A DNA stretch of 59,757 nt from Chloroflexota bacterium (GCA_025449555.1 JANWJD010000057.1:1-59757); one strand, 5' to 3'. Counted from the stretch's first letter, positions 9,138 through 18,706 are shown. The notes: generated from the letters alone by a model not told the origin. A program made the numbers and translations.

Positions 9138-11754
9138 CCGCCCTGGCCGGTGAACCGGCAGACACAGCGAACAAGCGCACCGCATCGGCACCCGAGTCGG
9201 ACACTGCGACCAGCCCGTTTGGCAGAGCGGCAACTCCTACTGGCGTCGTGAGGTTCGTCGACCCGAAGACGCCGATCAACCCGCCGGTCGTGGTGAATTC
9301 GGCCACTCGTTGTTGCTGAGGCTGCGTGGCGAAAACGCGCGTGCCCGCCGCGTTCACGGAGACGTATGGCTCATCGTACGAGCCGAACGTCCACTCAGGC
9401 ACGCTCCACGAACGCAGGTATGCGCCGGACGGCGTGAATGCCTGCATACGTTGATTCCAGAAGTCGGCAACATAAACCGTGCCGTCCGCCGCCACGGCGA
9501 CTGAAGACGGTTCCTGGAACTGCCCGGGAGCTGTACCGGCGGAGCCCCACGATGTTAGATAGCGGCCCTGCAAGGTATAGACCTTAATCCGTTTATTCCC
9601 TGTATCGGCGATGTAGACCTTGCCGCTTCTGGATATGGCGATGCCGCGGGGGCCGTAATACTGCCCGATGGCGGGACCGAAGGCTCCGCCTCCCCACTGG
9701 CGGATAAACTTTCCGGCGGGAGTAAAGACTTCGATTCGCTGATTCCATGTGTCAGCCACGTAGACGTTGTGGTCCGGTCCCACTGCCAGCCCCTGGGGGG
9801 AATCCCGCTGACTGAATTGACCGCTTCCGGTTCCGGCCGTTCCCCAACTTCCCAGGTACGCTCCGGAGGAGGAGTAGCGAACCACTCGGTGCCCCAGGGG
9901 ATCGGCCACGTATATGTCCCCGTTGGCGGCTACAGCGAGACCCCTGGGACCTCGAACTCCGGTAACGCCAGGCGCAGAGCCGAAAGAGGCGCGCACGGTG
10001 GATTTCAAACTCGGTTCCTGGATGATGGGGGCCGATGACGGCGAAGGCGGAGCAATGCTGGAATACTGCTGCTGCCCCGGCACCAGGTCACGCCGCACCA
10101 TGAAATACATCCACCTGGCTCCGCGCTGCCCGAATGGTTGTCGATAGAACAACCAGTTCCACAAACTGCTCCATTCGCCGGACGTCGGCAGCACCTGGAC
10201 TGGGCCGCTCTTTCCCTGCAGCGTCTGGCTGAGGGCCGTCGCGTGGTCGGGGAACCACTGTTTGTAGTCTTCCGGGAACCACCAATTCCAGCGGTACTTT
10301 TGCACCACATAGTGTTTCAACAGAAATGCGCTGTTCGCATCGTACTGCGGCTCCAGCATCACCAGCGCCGAGCAATACTGCCCACCGCAGGCCGGGGTGC
10401 CAAAGGCCGACGTCTCTGACACGTTCTTGTAGTCGCGCAGGTACCAGATGAAGGGCCAACCACCCACATCGGTATTGTCCAGACCGATGGTGAGGTTCTT
10501 GCCCTGCCCGGTCTTATTCGCGAGGCCGTTCAATTCGCCCACGACTGTCGGGACATCCTGGGACGTCTGGACGTAGATCAGCATCTCCGTCGGATTGGCG
10601 CCATCTGCGTAACTCAACAGGAACATCGAATGGATTTCGACGAACAGCAGCACCAGAAATACTGGAAGCGACGCCAGCCACATGACTCGTCGCCGCGACT
10701 CGAAGGCTGCACCTAAAAAGAGCCCGGCAAGGAGGATGAACGGCAGAGTGATATGGATCGAGAGCCAGGGCATTTTCTCGCCTGCCCACGAGTACATGCC
10801 CAAACTGAGGAGAGCCCACCACACGAGGAAGGTCGACGTAAACGATCGGCGCACCGCCGCGTACACCACGCCGGCTATTCCGAAGACCACTGCCAGCTGC
10901 TCGTAGAGCGGGAGCACCAGCAGATAGTAAAACCACGGTTGCCCGCCCCGCGCCACCGAGTGCTGAGCCTTCCAGTACGTCAAACCACCCAGAATGTCTT
11001 TGCGATCCGGGCTCAAAATGCTGTGCTGGGTGTCCCAAATACCGTACGGATTGGTGAAAAACGTCGAGTACGTGAGCACCGTTATCACCACGAACACACT
11101 CAAGCTAGTAAGGAACGTGTCCAGCGAGGTGGCCTTGAGCGCCGAAATGACGGGTCCAGTGCCGCCCGAGAGGTACTCACGCAACCATTCAAAGAACAGA
11201 AACGTGCCGAAAATGAAGAACGTGATGTATGCCGCCTCCATCGACGCCATGGCGAGTGCCATGGCCGCGGCGGCGACATGCAGATATGCCGGGCGTGGAG
11301 CCTCGATGTAGAGCACGATGCACGTAAATAGCAGAAGGCTGAAGCACGCCAGGTAAATGTCATCGCGAATGAATCGCGCAAAGTAAACCATTCCCGGCGA
11401 CACACAAATCATGAGCGAGGCCAGCAATGCCCCGGGACGGGTCAGATACGATCTCAGGAAGTACGGAAGCACGACCAGTGCGGTCCCGAGCGATACCGCC
11501 AGGAGGCGCGCTGAGAACTCGCTCGCCCCGAAAAGCAGGTAAAACAGCGGCACAATCTCGAATTGCAAGGGGCCGTGCATCAGGGGATCGTAGCTATACC
11601 CCTGGCCCACGAAAAACTTCCACGCGTAGTAGGCGTGCAAGCTCTCGTCGTGGTGCATGGCTCGGGCGCCGACGTCCCATATTCGAAGCGTGAAACCCAG
11701 CACAAGAATCGTGGCGTAGGCGATCAGTTCCCAGTGAGCCACGAGTCCGGCCAC
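9082..11754 (-). CDS. TIGR03663/Agl23-like GT-C membrane protein fused to a C-terminal NHL-repeat beta-propeller (true start possibly CTG at 11832)
   Basis: RAMHHDESLH, YDPLMHGPLQF, EKMPW, WWFPEDY motifs; more than 10 TM segments; repeated P.GLAV...G.IYVAD..N.RI NHL units. Confidence 0.82.
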   Translation of the reverse strand: MAGLVAHWELIAYATILVLGFTLRIWDVGARAMHHDESLHAYYAWKFFVGQGYSYDPLMHGPLQFEIVPLFYLLFGASEFSARLLAVSLGTALVVLPYFLRSYLTRPGALLASLMICVSPGMVYFARFIRDDIYLACFSLLLFTCIVLYIEAPRPAYLHVAAAAMALAMASMEAAYITFFIFGTFLFFEWLREYLSGGTGPVISALKATSLDTFLTSLSVFVVITVLTYSTFFTNPYGIWDTQHSILSPDRKDILGGLTYWKAQHSVARGGQPWFYYLLVLPLYEQLAVVFGIAGVVYAAVRRSFTSTFLVWWALLSLGMYSWAGEKMPWLSIHITLPFILLAGLFLGAAFESRRRVMWLASLPVFLVLLFVEIHSMFLLSYADGANPTEMLIYVQTSQDVPTVVGELNGLANKTGQGKNLTIGLDNTDVGGWPFIWYLRDYKNVSETSAFGTPACGGQYCSALVMLEPQYDANSAFLLKHYVVQKYRWNWWFPEDYKQWFPDHATALSQTLQGKSGPVQVLPTSGEWSSLWNWLFYRQPFGQRGARWMYFMVRRDLVPGQQQYSSIAPPSPSSAPIIQEPSLKSTVRASFGSAPGVTGVRGPRGLAVAANGDIYVADPLGHRVVRYSSSGAYLGSWGTAGTGSGQFSQRDSPQGLAVGPDHNVYVADTWNQRIEVFTPAGKFIRQWGGGAFGPAIGQYYGPRGIAISRSGKVYIADTGNKRIKVYTLQGRYLTSWGSAGTAPGQFQEPSSVAVAADGTVYVADFWNQRMQAFTPSGAYLRSWSVPEWTFGSYDEPYVSVNAAGTRVFATQPQQQRVAEFTTTGGLIGVFGSTNLTTPVGVAALPNGLVAVSDSGADAVRLFAVSAGSPARAATLQRAVHRPPTKQAPKP

Positions 11755-11848
11755 GCGCTGCCATGAAGGCGCGAGGGGACGGTCTAGCCAGGTACTTCTG
11801 TCGGTGGTCGGCGAGATTGAGAAGTCAGCCAGGTGGGTACCCCCCGTG

Positions 11849-13882
11849 CTAGTACGGACTCACCAGTCCGCGCTTCACATAATAGTAAAACGAAACAGAC
11901 TGCTTGTCCCCGAACGGTCGACGTTGCACGAACCACTGATAAATCACTTTCCAATCACCCGGGTTGACGATGTCTTTGCCAAATGAAGACCAAGTGAGCG
12001 ACTTGTAGTCCTCAGGGAACCACCAGCGAAGCCGATATTTGTGTCCCGTATAGCTGTTTTTGATCTCCGGATACAGCGCAGCCTGATGCGTCTCGTCCAC
12101 GATGATGACGGGGTTCGTGGAGAACGGAGGCTTGAGCAGGCCCGGGGATGCCGGGTAACCCACGTTTGGCATAGAGCGCAGATACCAGGCGAACGGCCAG
12201 GTATCCTCGGTATCGATCGTCACGTGCAAGTCGTTTCCACCCGTTACTTTGTTCGAGATGGACAGGATGTCGTTGGCGACCTTCGGCGTGTCGGGCGAGC
12301 TCTGCACGTACACCATCATTTCGACCGGGTCGGCCCCGTTCACAAAGTTGACTTCGTACGTGTTGTGAAGTTCCACCACCATGAGCAGGCCCAGGACCAC
12401 CGCCGTCACCCAGCGCACCATCGAGCTGAGCTGGAAAAGTTGGACGATGAACATGGCAGCCAGCAGCGTAAATGGGAGCAACGAGTGCACCATCAGCCAG
12501 GGAAACTTTTCTCCGGCCCAGGAGTACACGCCAAAGGCCAGGACGGCCCAGTAGGTGAGAAACGTCGTGAATGCAGTCGGATGGCGGGCGAACCAGATGA
12601 TCGCGCCAACTCCGAAAATCACCGCGATCTGTTCATATAGCCCAAACAGGAGCGAATAGTAAAACCACGGTTGACCACCCCGGTGCACGCCGTGTTGGCT
12701 CAACCAGTAGAACAGCCCCCCGATGATGTCCTTGCGACATGGATTCAGTGGAAACGAGTTATACGAACACTGCCCATGATTGAACAGAGCCTGTGAGGAG
12801 TCCCAGATGCCGTGCAGGTTGGTGCCGAATGTGGAGAAAAGCACAAATAAAACCGCGACTACGATGGTCGCCGCGTTGACCCACTGCTGCCGGTTGGGAG
12901 CACGTACAGCGTCGGTAAACGGGGTTTCATTGACGGCTTGAGTTTGCAGGGTGACCTGCCGGCTCACCAGCGCAAGCAGGCCAAGGCCCAATATCAGCGG
13001 AACGGGCAGGTAGAGCCCGGTGAGAACGGTCAATACGAATGCGAGGAGAAGTACGATTAGGAAGCCGTACAGAACACCGGCACGTATTCGATCGGTCCCG
13101 CCGGTTCGATTCCACAGATTGACCAGCCCCTGCAGTCGCCGGCTACGCGGCAGATGCTCCGACCCGAGTGCGACCAACAGAAACGTGCCCAGAATGAACA
13201 GGGTGATATAGGTGTTCTCCATTGCACTCAGCGACAGTGCGATGGAAGCTACTCCCATGTAGAGATAGCGGATTCGGTGCGTTCGCATGAACGAGAACAG
13301 GGCGATCGCCATCGTCATGCCGAAGAGGCACGACAACATGTCGTCGCGCTCCAACCGCGATGTGTAAACAAAGGCGGGAGAAATCGCGATCAGCCCCGCC
13401 GCGACCAGGGCGGCTCCCCGACCCATCCAATGGCGCAGAAAGAACGGAAGTCCCACCAGCACTGTGCCGAATAGGATCGACAACAATCGGCCGCTCACGT
13501 TCGAGACCCCGAACAAAAAGTAGAACAGAGCCGTGAGTGGGAACTGGAGCGGACCGTGGTAGACCGGATCGTATTGATAGCCGGCGCCCTTGTAGAGATT
13601 CCACGCAAGCCACGCATGAACCGCCTCGTCTCCGTGCATGGCTCTGCTGCCCGCATCCCAGATACGTACGGCGAACGCCGCGAGGACGACTACGATGTAC
13701 AGTGTCTGTTCCGTGGTTACCGCCGGCAGCGAGAACTGCCTGTTTGCCACGGTTGCACGCGGTACCGCTGCCGCTGTTGCGGCTGCCGTGGGCGAGGACG
13801 GAAGAGACGGAGGGCTGATCTTCACCGAGCTACGCTCACGAAAGCGCGCCTTCCGACGCGCGGCCGAATCAAATCCGGCCAT
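11849..13882 (-). CDS. TIGR03663/Agl23-like GT-C membrane protein, second paralogue without NHL
   Basis: RAMHGDEAVH, YDPVYHGPLQF, EKFPW, WWFPEDY; clearly homologous to the downstream neighbour. Confidence 0.82.
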   Translation of the reverse strand: MAGFDSAARRKARFRERSSVKISPPSLPSSPTAAATAAAVPRATVANRQFSLPAVTTEQTLYIVVVLAAFAVRIWDAGSRAMHGDEAVHAWLAWNLYKGAGYQYDPVYHGPLQFPLTALFYFLFGVSNVSGRLLSILFGTVLVGLPFFLRHWMGRGAALVAAGLIAISPAFVYTSRLERDDMLSCLFGMTMAIALFSFMRTHRIRYLYMGVASIALSLSAMENTYITLFILGTFLLVALGSEHLPRSRRLQGLVNLWNRTGGTDRIRAGVLYGFLIVLLLAFVLTVLTGLYLPVPLILGLGLLALVSRQVTLQTQAVNETPFTDAVRAPNRQQWVNAATIVVAVLFVLFSTFGTNLHGIWDSSQALFNHGQCSYNSFPLNPCRKDIIGGLFYWLSQHGVHRGGQPWFYYSLLFGLYEQIAVIFGVGAIIWFARHPTAFTTFLTYWAVLAFGVYSWAGEKFPWLMVHSLLPFTLLAAMFIVQLFQLSSMVRWVTAVVLGLLMVVELHNTYEVNFVNGADPVEMMVYVQSSPDTPKVANDILSISNKVTGGNDLHVTIDTEDTWPFAWYLRSMPNVGYPASPGLLKPPFSTNPVIIVDETHQAALYPEIKNSYTGHKYRLRWWFPEDYKSLTWSSFGKDIVNPGDWKVIYQWFVQRRPFGDKQSVSFYYYVKRGLVSPY

Positions 13883-14014
13883 GGCACTCGGTGCAGCTAA
13901 CTGCGGCGCGTATTGGTGGGCTCACGGTTCGAGCGGGTGCGTGTACCGGACGGCACGAGTCGAAAGATGTCATAAGACGAGACATTCTACCCAAATGTGG
14001 AGAGCTGGCGAGCA

Positions 14015-15688
14015 TCACTGTGCCCGCTGTGTCTTTCCACTGGTCGTTTTCACGGCGACCTGTGCCCATGAACCCGAGCGGGGTATCACGCCGTAGCCGG
14101 TAAGCGACAAATTGTCGACTGAGGGCCGAATATACGTCAGCCGGTGAGGAATGTAAAGAGGAAGCCATGCTGCGTCCTGCACCAGGGACTCCTGGGCAGC
14201 GTTGTACAACTGCTGCTGGTGGCGCAGATTCCAGGTAACGTCCGCAGTGGCTACATACCAGTCGAACGCCTTGTTGGAGTAATGCATGTTGTTGTTGATG
14301 GCGTCCGATTTCCATTGCAAGGAAAGCCAATCGTGGGGGTCGGGGTAGTCGGCGGTCCATCCTGATAGGTAGAGTGGGAGCGAATTTTGCGCTTGCTTCG
14401 TCAGTAGGACGCTTTGCTCCAGCCCCTTGGTGTCGACGTGAATGTGGAGAGCGGTTCGCCACTGTTGGGCGACGGCTGCAACCAATCGCGCCAGAGTCGG
14501 CGAGGCGGCGTAGTACAGCGTGGTGGCAGGGAATCCCTTCCCGTTGGGGAAACCCGCGTCCTTCAGTTCAAGCCTGGCCCGGGCCACATCGTAGGGCAGC
14601 AATTTCAGCCTGGGATTGTAGCCCGCTTCATCCGCGGGAACATACCCGCCAAAGGGAGTCACAGAGTGTTTCATGGTCGCGGTTACGAGCGAATTTCGGT
14701 TGAGCGCCATGGTGAGTGCCCGACGCACGCGCTGGTCTCCGAAGGGTGTCACCTTCACGTTCATGTAGATGCCGTCGATGATGAGTGACTTCGTCTCACG
14801 GATTCCTTTCAACCCCACCAGTGCGCTGTCGTAGCTGAGATTCGCCACATCCGTGTTCTGACGAACGAAGTTGTACAGGTCGACACCGGTGCCTTGCAGC
14901 GTTCCGACCGAAATGACGACCTGTTTAACTCGCGGAGCAGGACCAGGAAAGTATTTGTTCGGTACCAGCACGAGCTTGCCGTTTGGAACCCAGGACTTCA
15001 GTCGGTACGGTCCACTTCCAATCGGGCTCGAATACCAGGACGTGTTATCCATCGGTCCCAGTTTTCGAATCGCCTTCTCGTCCAGTGCGTAGCTCGTCGG
15101 ATACGTCAATTCCATCAAGAAGTACGGAACCGGCCAGCGAGTCGTGATTTGCAGAGTGTGTGTATCGATCACCGAGATGCCGCTAACTGTTTTTGCCTTC
15201 CCGGTGAGGAAGTCGCCGGCTCCCTGGATATCAAGCAGATAGACTGGTGCCGTTGGAGACTTTATGCCCGCATCCAGACTCCGAATGATCGCGAATTTAT
15301 AGTCTTCCGCTCGCACCGGATCGCCGTTGCTGAATCTCAGATCAGGACGAAGGTGGAAAGTGTAGTGCCTGTGATCGGATGAAACCGAGTAGCTCGATGC
15401 ACCCGACGGCACAACTTTGTAAGTCGAGTCAAGTCGCACCAGCCCGGAGTACAGCAGATTCGCCAATTCGACGCTCTCTTCGTCCTCGACGAGCGCGGGA
15501 TCACCTCTCGGCCCGACCGCCAGCGCGATACGCAAGGAAACGACCGTGGGTTTCGGGGTTGGTTTGGCCGAAGTCTTGGTGGTCGATGGTTTTGGAGCAG
15601 ATGAATGCTGGCTCGCCTGGGTGATGGCAGGCAAGAGGCACGCAAACAGGACCAGGCCGGCTCCGCACGCTTTCCATCCAGTCTGCAA
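14015..15688 (-). CDS. ABC transporter substrate-binding protein, family 5 (OppA/DppA-like), orphan
   Basis: LYSGLV, YTFHLRPDLRFSNGDPVRAED, PIGSGPYRL, RVRRALTMALNR, GWTADYPDP; TTG 15688 lies 8 nt after GGAGGAG. Confidence 0.9.
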   Translation of the reverse strand: MQTGWKACGAGLVLFACLLPAITQASQHSSAPKPSTTKTSAKPTPKPTVVSLRIALAVGPRGDPALVEDEESVELANLLYSGLVRLDSTYKVVPSGASSYSVSSDHRHYTFHLRPDLRFSNGDPVRAEDYKFAIIRSLDAGIKSPTAPVYLLDIQGAGDFLTGKAKTVSGISVIDTHTLQITTRWPVPYFLMELTYPTSYALDEKAIRKLGPMDNTSWYSSPIGSGPYRLKSWVPNGKLVLVPNKYFPGPAPRVKQVVISVGTLQGTGVDLYNFVRQNTDVANLSYDSALVGLKGIRETKSLIIDGIYMNVKVTPFGDQRVRRALTMALNRNSLVTATMKHSVTPFGGYVPADEAGYNPRLKLLPYDVARARLELKDAGFPNGKGFPATTLYYAASPTLARLVAAVAQQWRTALHIHVDTKGLEQSVLLTKQAQNSLPLYLSGWTADYPDPHDWLSLQWKSDAINNNMHYSNKAFDWYVATADVTWNLRHQQQLYNAAQESLVQDAAWLPLYIPHRLTYIRPSVDNLSLTGYGVIPRSGSWAQVAVKTTSGKTQRAQ

Positions 15689-15748
15689 GTGCAACACTCC
15701 TCCGGAGACAGTGCCTCCGGTCGTACAAAGCGCAATGGGCGCGGAACG

Positions 15749-16255
15749 CTAATCTAAAACGGTCGAGTTACTGTGTCTGCCGAGCGTTCCAGTCCCGACT
15801 TTTATCTGGCCCCCCTGGATGGCAGAGGACCGGCGCGCTTTCAGCAGGGGAGCGGCCTGCCGCTTGATGGATGACTGTTGTGACGCCCACGCGATTTCGC
15901 TCGCGGACCGAGAGGAGTACCCAGCGTGCATGTTTACCGACAAAAGTACCAACACCGCGGCAATCGAGCTTCCGACGGCAGCCGGCGTCATGCGGCTCGC
16001 CGACAGAAATTTCCGAGCTGTGCTGCTTCGATGGCGGCGACGAACCGTGTCCGTAATCCTCTGCTCGGAAGCCGACGGGAGCGGAGCGCGATGCGCACCC
16101 CAGGCTCGCAGCATATCATCCAGAGCTCGCAGACGAGCTACTTCGCGCCTACAGGAGCCGCAATCACTTAAATGCTCGTTGACCCGTCCTCGCTCCAGCG
16201 GAGGCAGGTCTCCGTCAACGTAACGAGATAGCGTATCGAGTTCGCAGCACGTCAT
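15749..16255 (-). CDS. Zinc-finger (ZAS-type) membrane anti-sigma factor
   Basis: LSRYVDGDL...HLSDCGSC (HxxxCxxC), one TM helix, ATGA overlap with the sigma stop. Confidence 0.85.
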   Translation of the reverse strand: MTCCELDTLSRYVDGDLPPLERGRVNEHLSDCGSCRREVARLRALDDMLRAWGAHRAPLPSASEQRITDTVRRRHRSSTARKFLSASRMTPAAVGSSIAAVLVLLSVNMHAGYSSRSASEIAWASQQSSIKRQAAPLLKARRSSAIQGGQIKVGTGTLGRHSNSTVLD

Positions 16256-16809
16256 CCCACGGCTCCCAGCTCACCGGCCGCATATGCAGTCTTGAACATT
16301 TGTCGAGCGCGTGAGAGTCGCATGCGCACCGCCTCTGCGGAGATCCCCAGAATCTGAGCGGTCTCCTCAGAGGAAAAACCCTCCGCCAGCCGTAGCACCA
16401 GGCACAATGCGTAATCCGGTTTCATGTGGCTCAGTGCTGTCTGCACGGCCTCCTGCTCCGGCAAAGACTGTTCGCCGCCCAGGACCGAAAGCTGTGCCTC
16501 ATTTCGTGGAGAGTCGCCCCAGGGCATCCAGGACACTACCCTCTTGCGGCGCAAAACGTCTCGAAATCGATTGGACGCAATGCGATACAACCACGGGGCG
16601 ATGTTCGAATCCGGCCGCAGCTTCGGCAGAGACTCGTACGCGCTCAAGAACGTATCGTGGGTCAAGTCGTCCGCGAGCTCGCGACTCCCGCTCAGCCGAT
16701 ACAGATAGTTATAGATTTGTGCCTTGTGACGCTCGTAGATGAAGGTGAACGCATCTTCTTCCTGGCGTCGAAGCTGGTCGACAAGGGCTGCTTCCAAAGC
16801 GATCGCCAT
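16252..16809 (-). CDS. ECF RNA polymerase sigma factor
   Basis: Region 2 ADDLTHDTFL...WLYRIASNRFRD; region 4 LRLAEGFSSEETAQILGIS..AVRMRLSRAR; AGGAGG SD. Confidence 0.92.
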   Translation of the reverse strand: MAIALEAALVDQLRRQEEDAFTFIYERHKAQIYNYLYRLSGSRELADDLTHDTFLSAYESLPKLRPDSNIAPWLYRIASNRFRDVLRRKRVVSWMPWGDSPRNEAQLSVLGGEQSLPEQEAVQTALSHMKPDYALCLVLRLAEGFSSEETAQILGISAEAVRMRLSRARQMFKTAYAAGELGAVG

Positions 16810-17017
16810 ACTGCCTGTGCCCTCCTGTGCTCCTCAACGGACAACAGGCTGGGAACGTAACAGAAGTGGCCTCCTCCTGACACGGTAGTGCTGATATTTT
16901 GCTATGAATTGGCTTAAAACTCAAGGCCCTTCGCAAAGGCCGGCGATCTCACCCGTTTTTCAATCCTATTTTCTCCCAGATACACGGGGAAACCGCAAAA
17001 TTCATCTGATTTTCATC

Positions 17018-17047
17018 TTGACACTGGTGCCGATTGGGGCTTAAATT
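17018..17047 (+). promoter_or_regulatory. Candidate sigma70 promoter TTGACA-N17/18-(T)TAAATT
   Basis: Perfect -35 at 17018-17023 and an AT-rich -10 at 17041-17047, upstream of the GAGGAGG SD of ORF 17086. Confidence 0.55.
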
Positions 17048-17085
17048 ACCTCTACAGACCCCCGGGGGAGTGAGGAGGGAGTCAG

Positions 17086-17403
17086 TTGCAGCGTCGTTCG
17101 TCGCGCCGCGGTCCCATCCAGTTTGGCATGCACGTCTTTGACGCTCATGAGCAAATGTTGGGGACGGTGGTTCTGGCACGCAAGGACCACTTCGTGATGC
17201 GCCAAGAACTGGGCATCAACCAGTTGGTCGACGTGCCCGGAGTCGCCGTTGCGGGCGTCGTGGGCGGCATTGTGTTTCTCAGTCTGACTCCCGGCGAAAT
17301 TGAGATCTTCTGCCGCACGCTCGAACGCAAGGAGCGTGGTGCGTCGGGTTTCAGCTTGATGCCGCGCCTGGTCCCGCCTCAGAAGTTGGCTGAGCAGACG
17401 TAG
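17086..17403 (+). CDS. Small hypothetical protein, PRC-barrel/DUF2171-like
   Basis: IQFGMHVFDAHEQMLGTV...VPGVAV pattern resembles PRC-barrel families; strong SD GAGGAGGGAG before TTG. Confidence 0.6.
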   Translation: MQRRSSRRGPIQFGMHVFDAHEQMLGTVVLARKDHFVMRQELGINQLVDVPGVAVAGVVGGIVFLSLTPGEIEIFCRTLERKERGASGFSLMPRLVPPQKLAEQT

Positions 17404-17413
17404 GGCCTGCGGT

Positions 17414-18511
17414 TTATCGTCGAGCGTTCGCCGTAGGCCGGGTGCGTTCCAGCGCGTCACCGAGCACGAATCGGATGCGATCCGAAAGGTCTTCCTCACT
17501 TGCGTCCGGTGGGATGGCAACCCAGCGCACGTTCTTCCGGTTGCACACGATCCATCGCTCCAGGACCGAGGCCGCGTCCAGCTCGCTCTGCTGATGCTCC
17601 ACCGCGCCGATCACGGCGTTATGAGCGCGAACCCACCGCACTACCTCTGATGGATCCGATTCGATTCCGTTTCGCACAGACAACACGTGACCGTGCGCTA
17701 CGAGCAGCATTCGGTTGTTTCCGGCCGCCTCATCCGATTGTCGGATGACCACACAGCGGCATTGCATCGCCGCTTCGAGTATTGCGTGCTGTCGCTCGAT
17801 CGCTTTGAGACTGTCGAGCCGCTCCTGGACCTCGGCGGCACGTTCGAACAACAAATTCTCTGAGAGCCTGTCGCGTTTCCGTTCCAGCCATTCGGTCACT
17901 CGGTCGGTTCGTCCGTCGAGCATCTCGAACAGTTGGCCAATCGCATCTTGATGTCGTCGGCGATGTACCTCGTCCAGTGCAGGTGCCGCACAGGTGTGCA
18001 TCTGATAGTAGATACATGGCCGGCAGCGTGGTGCGGCGGCGGTGCACTTCCGCAGCGGGAGAACGGCGTGGAGGAATGCCATGGTCTCGCGCACACCTCT
18101 CCCGGTGCGAAACGGACCGAAATACAGTGACGCCGAATCGTCCTGGGTTCGCGATACTTCCATGAACGGATCCTGCCGGGCGCCGTCGAACTTCAGGAAG
18201 AACGGTTTCCGCGATGCGCGGAGTAATCGATTGAATGGAGGTTGCTCGCGCTTGATCAGGGCAGACTCGCGAAATAGCGCTTCGAGCTCAGTCGAGGTCA
18301 ATTCGTACTGGATGCTGCGGGCGCGCGAGAGGAGGTCCCGAGTGCGTCGATCGTGTGACGCCGTGGAAAAGTAGGACGACACCCTCGCCCGCAAATTGAC
18401 CGCTTTTCCAATGTAGAGGACCTCGTCGTCGCCATCTCGCCAGAAGTAAACTCCCGGCGACTCGGGCAACAATCTGGCTTCCATGCGCAATGCTGAGAGA
18501 TGGGGCTGCAT
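17414..18511 (-). CDS. GIY-YIG nuclease, UvrC N-terminal half (Cho-like), without UvrC C-terminal domains
   Basis: LPESPGVYFW...VLYIGKAVNLRARVSSYF, ALFRES..IK..QPPFN, Cys-rich region, UVR motif LLFERAAEVQERL; only 365 aa. Confidence 0.85.
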   Translation of the reverse strand: MQPHLSALRMEARLLPESPGVYFWRDGDDEVLYIGKAVNLRARVSSYFSTASHDRRTRDLLSRARSIQYELTSTELEALFRESALIKREQPPFNRLLRASRKPFFLKFDGARQDPFMEVSRTQDDSASLYFGPFRTGRGVRETMAFLHAVLPLRKCTAAAPRCRPCIYYQMHTCAAPALDEVHRRRHQDAIGQLFEMLDGRTDRVTEWLERKRDRLSENLLFERAAEVQERLDSLKAIERQHAILEAAMQCRCVVIRQSDEAAGNNRMLLVAHGHVLSVRNGIESDPSEVVRWVRAHNAVIGAVEHQQSELDAASVLERWIVCNRKNVRWVAIPPDASEEDLSDRIRFVLGDALERTRPTANARR

Positions 18512-18706
18512 TATGTACTGCCTGCGTTGTCAAGCCCACGGGCCAAATCGCTCGAAGATCCGGGGAGGCGACGAGCGGTTACGACGCTGCCAATGGGCGA
18601 GACAGGAGATGTCGTGTACCGAGACTATAGCAACGAAATGGATCGCGTGCCACGCGATCTGAAAATGTGGTAACGATACACTGTGGCGGGAGGGCGTACG
18701 AACATC

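Noticed and set aside
16839-16866. CTG-initiated 9-codon uORF after AGGAGGAGG, in frame with the ECF sigma gene
   Set aside because: Non-canonical start and very short; the region is equally explained as a promoter; no supporting evidence.
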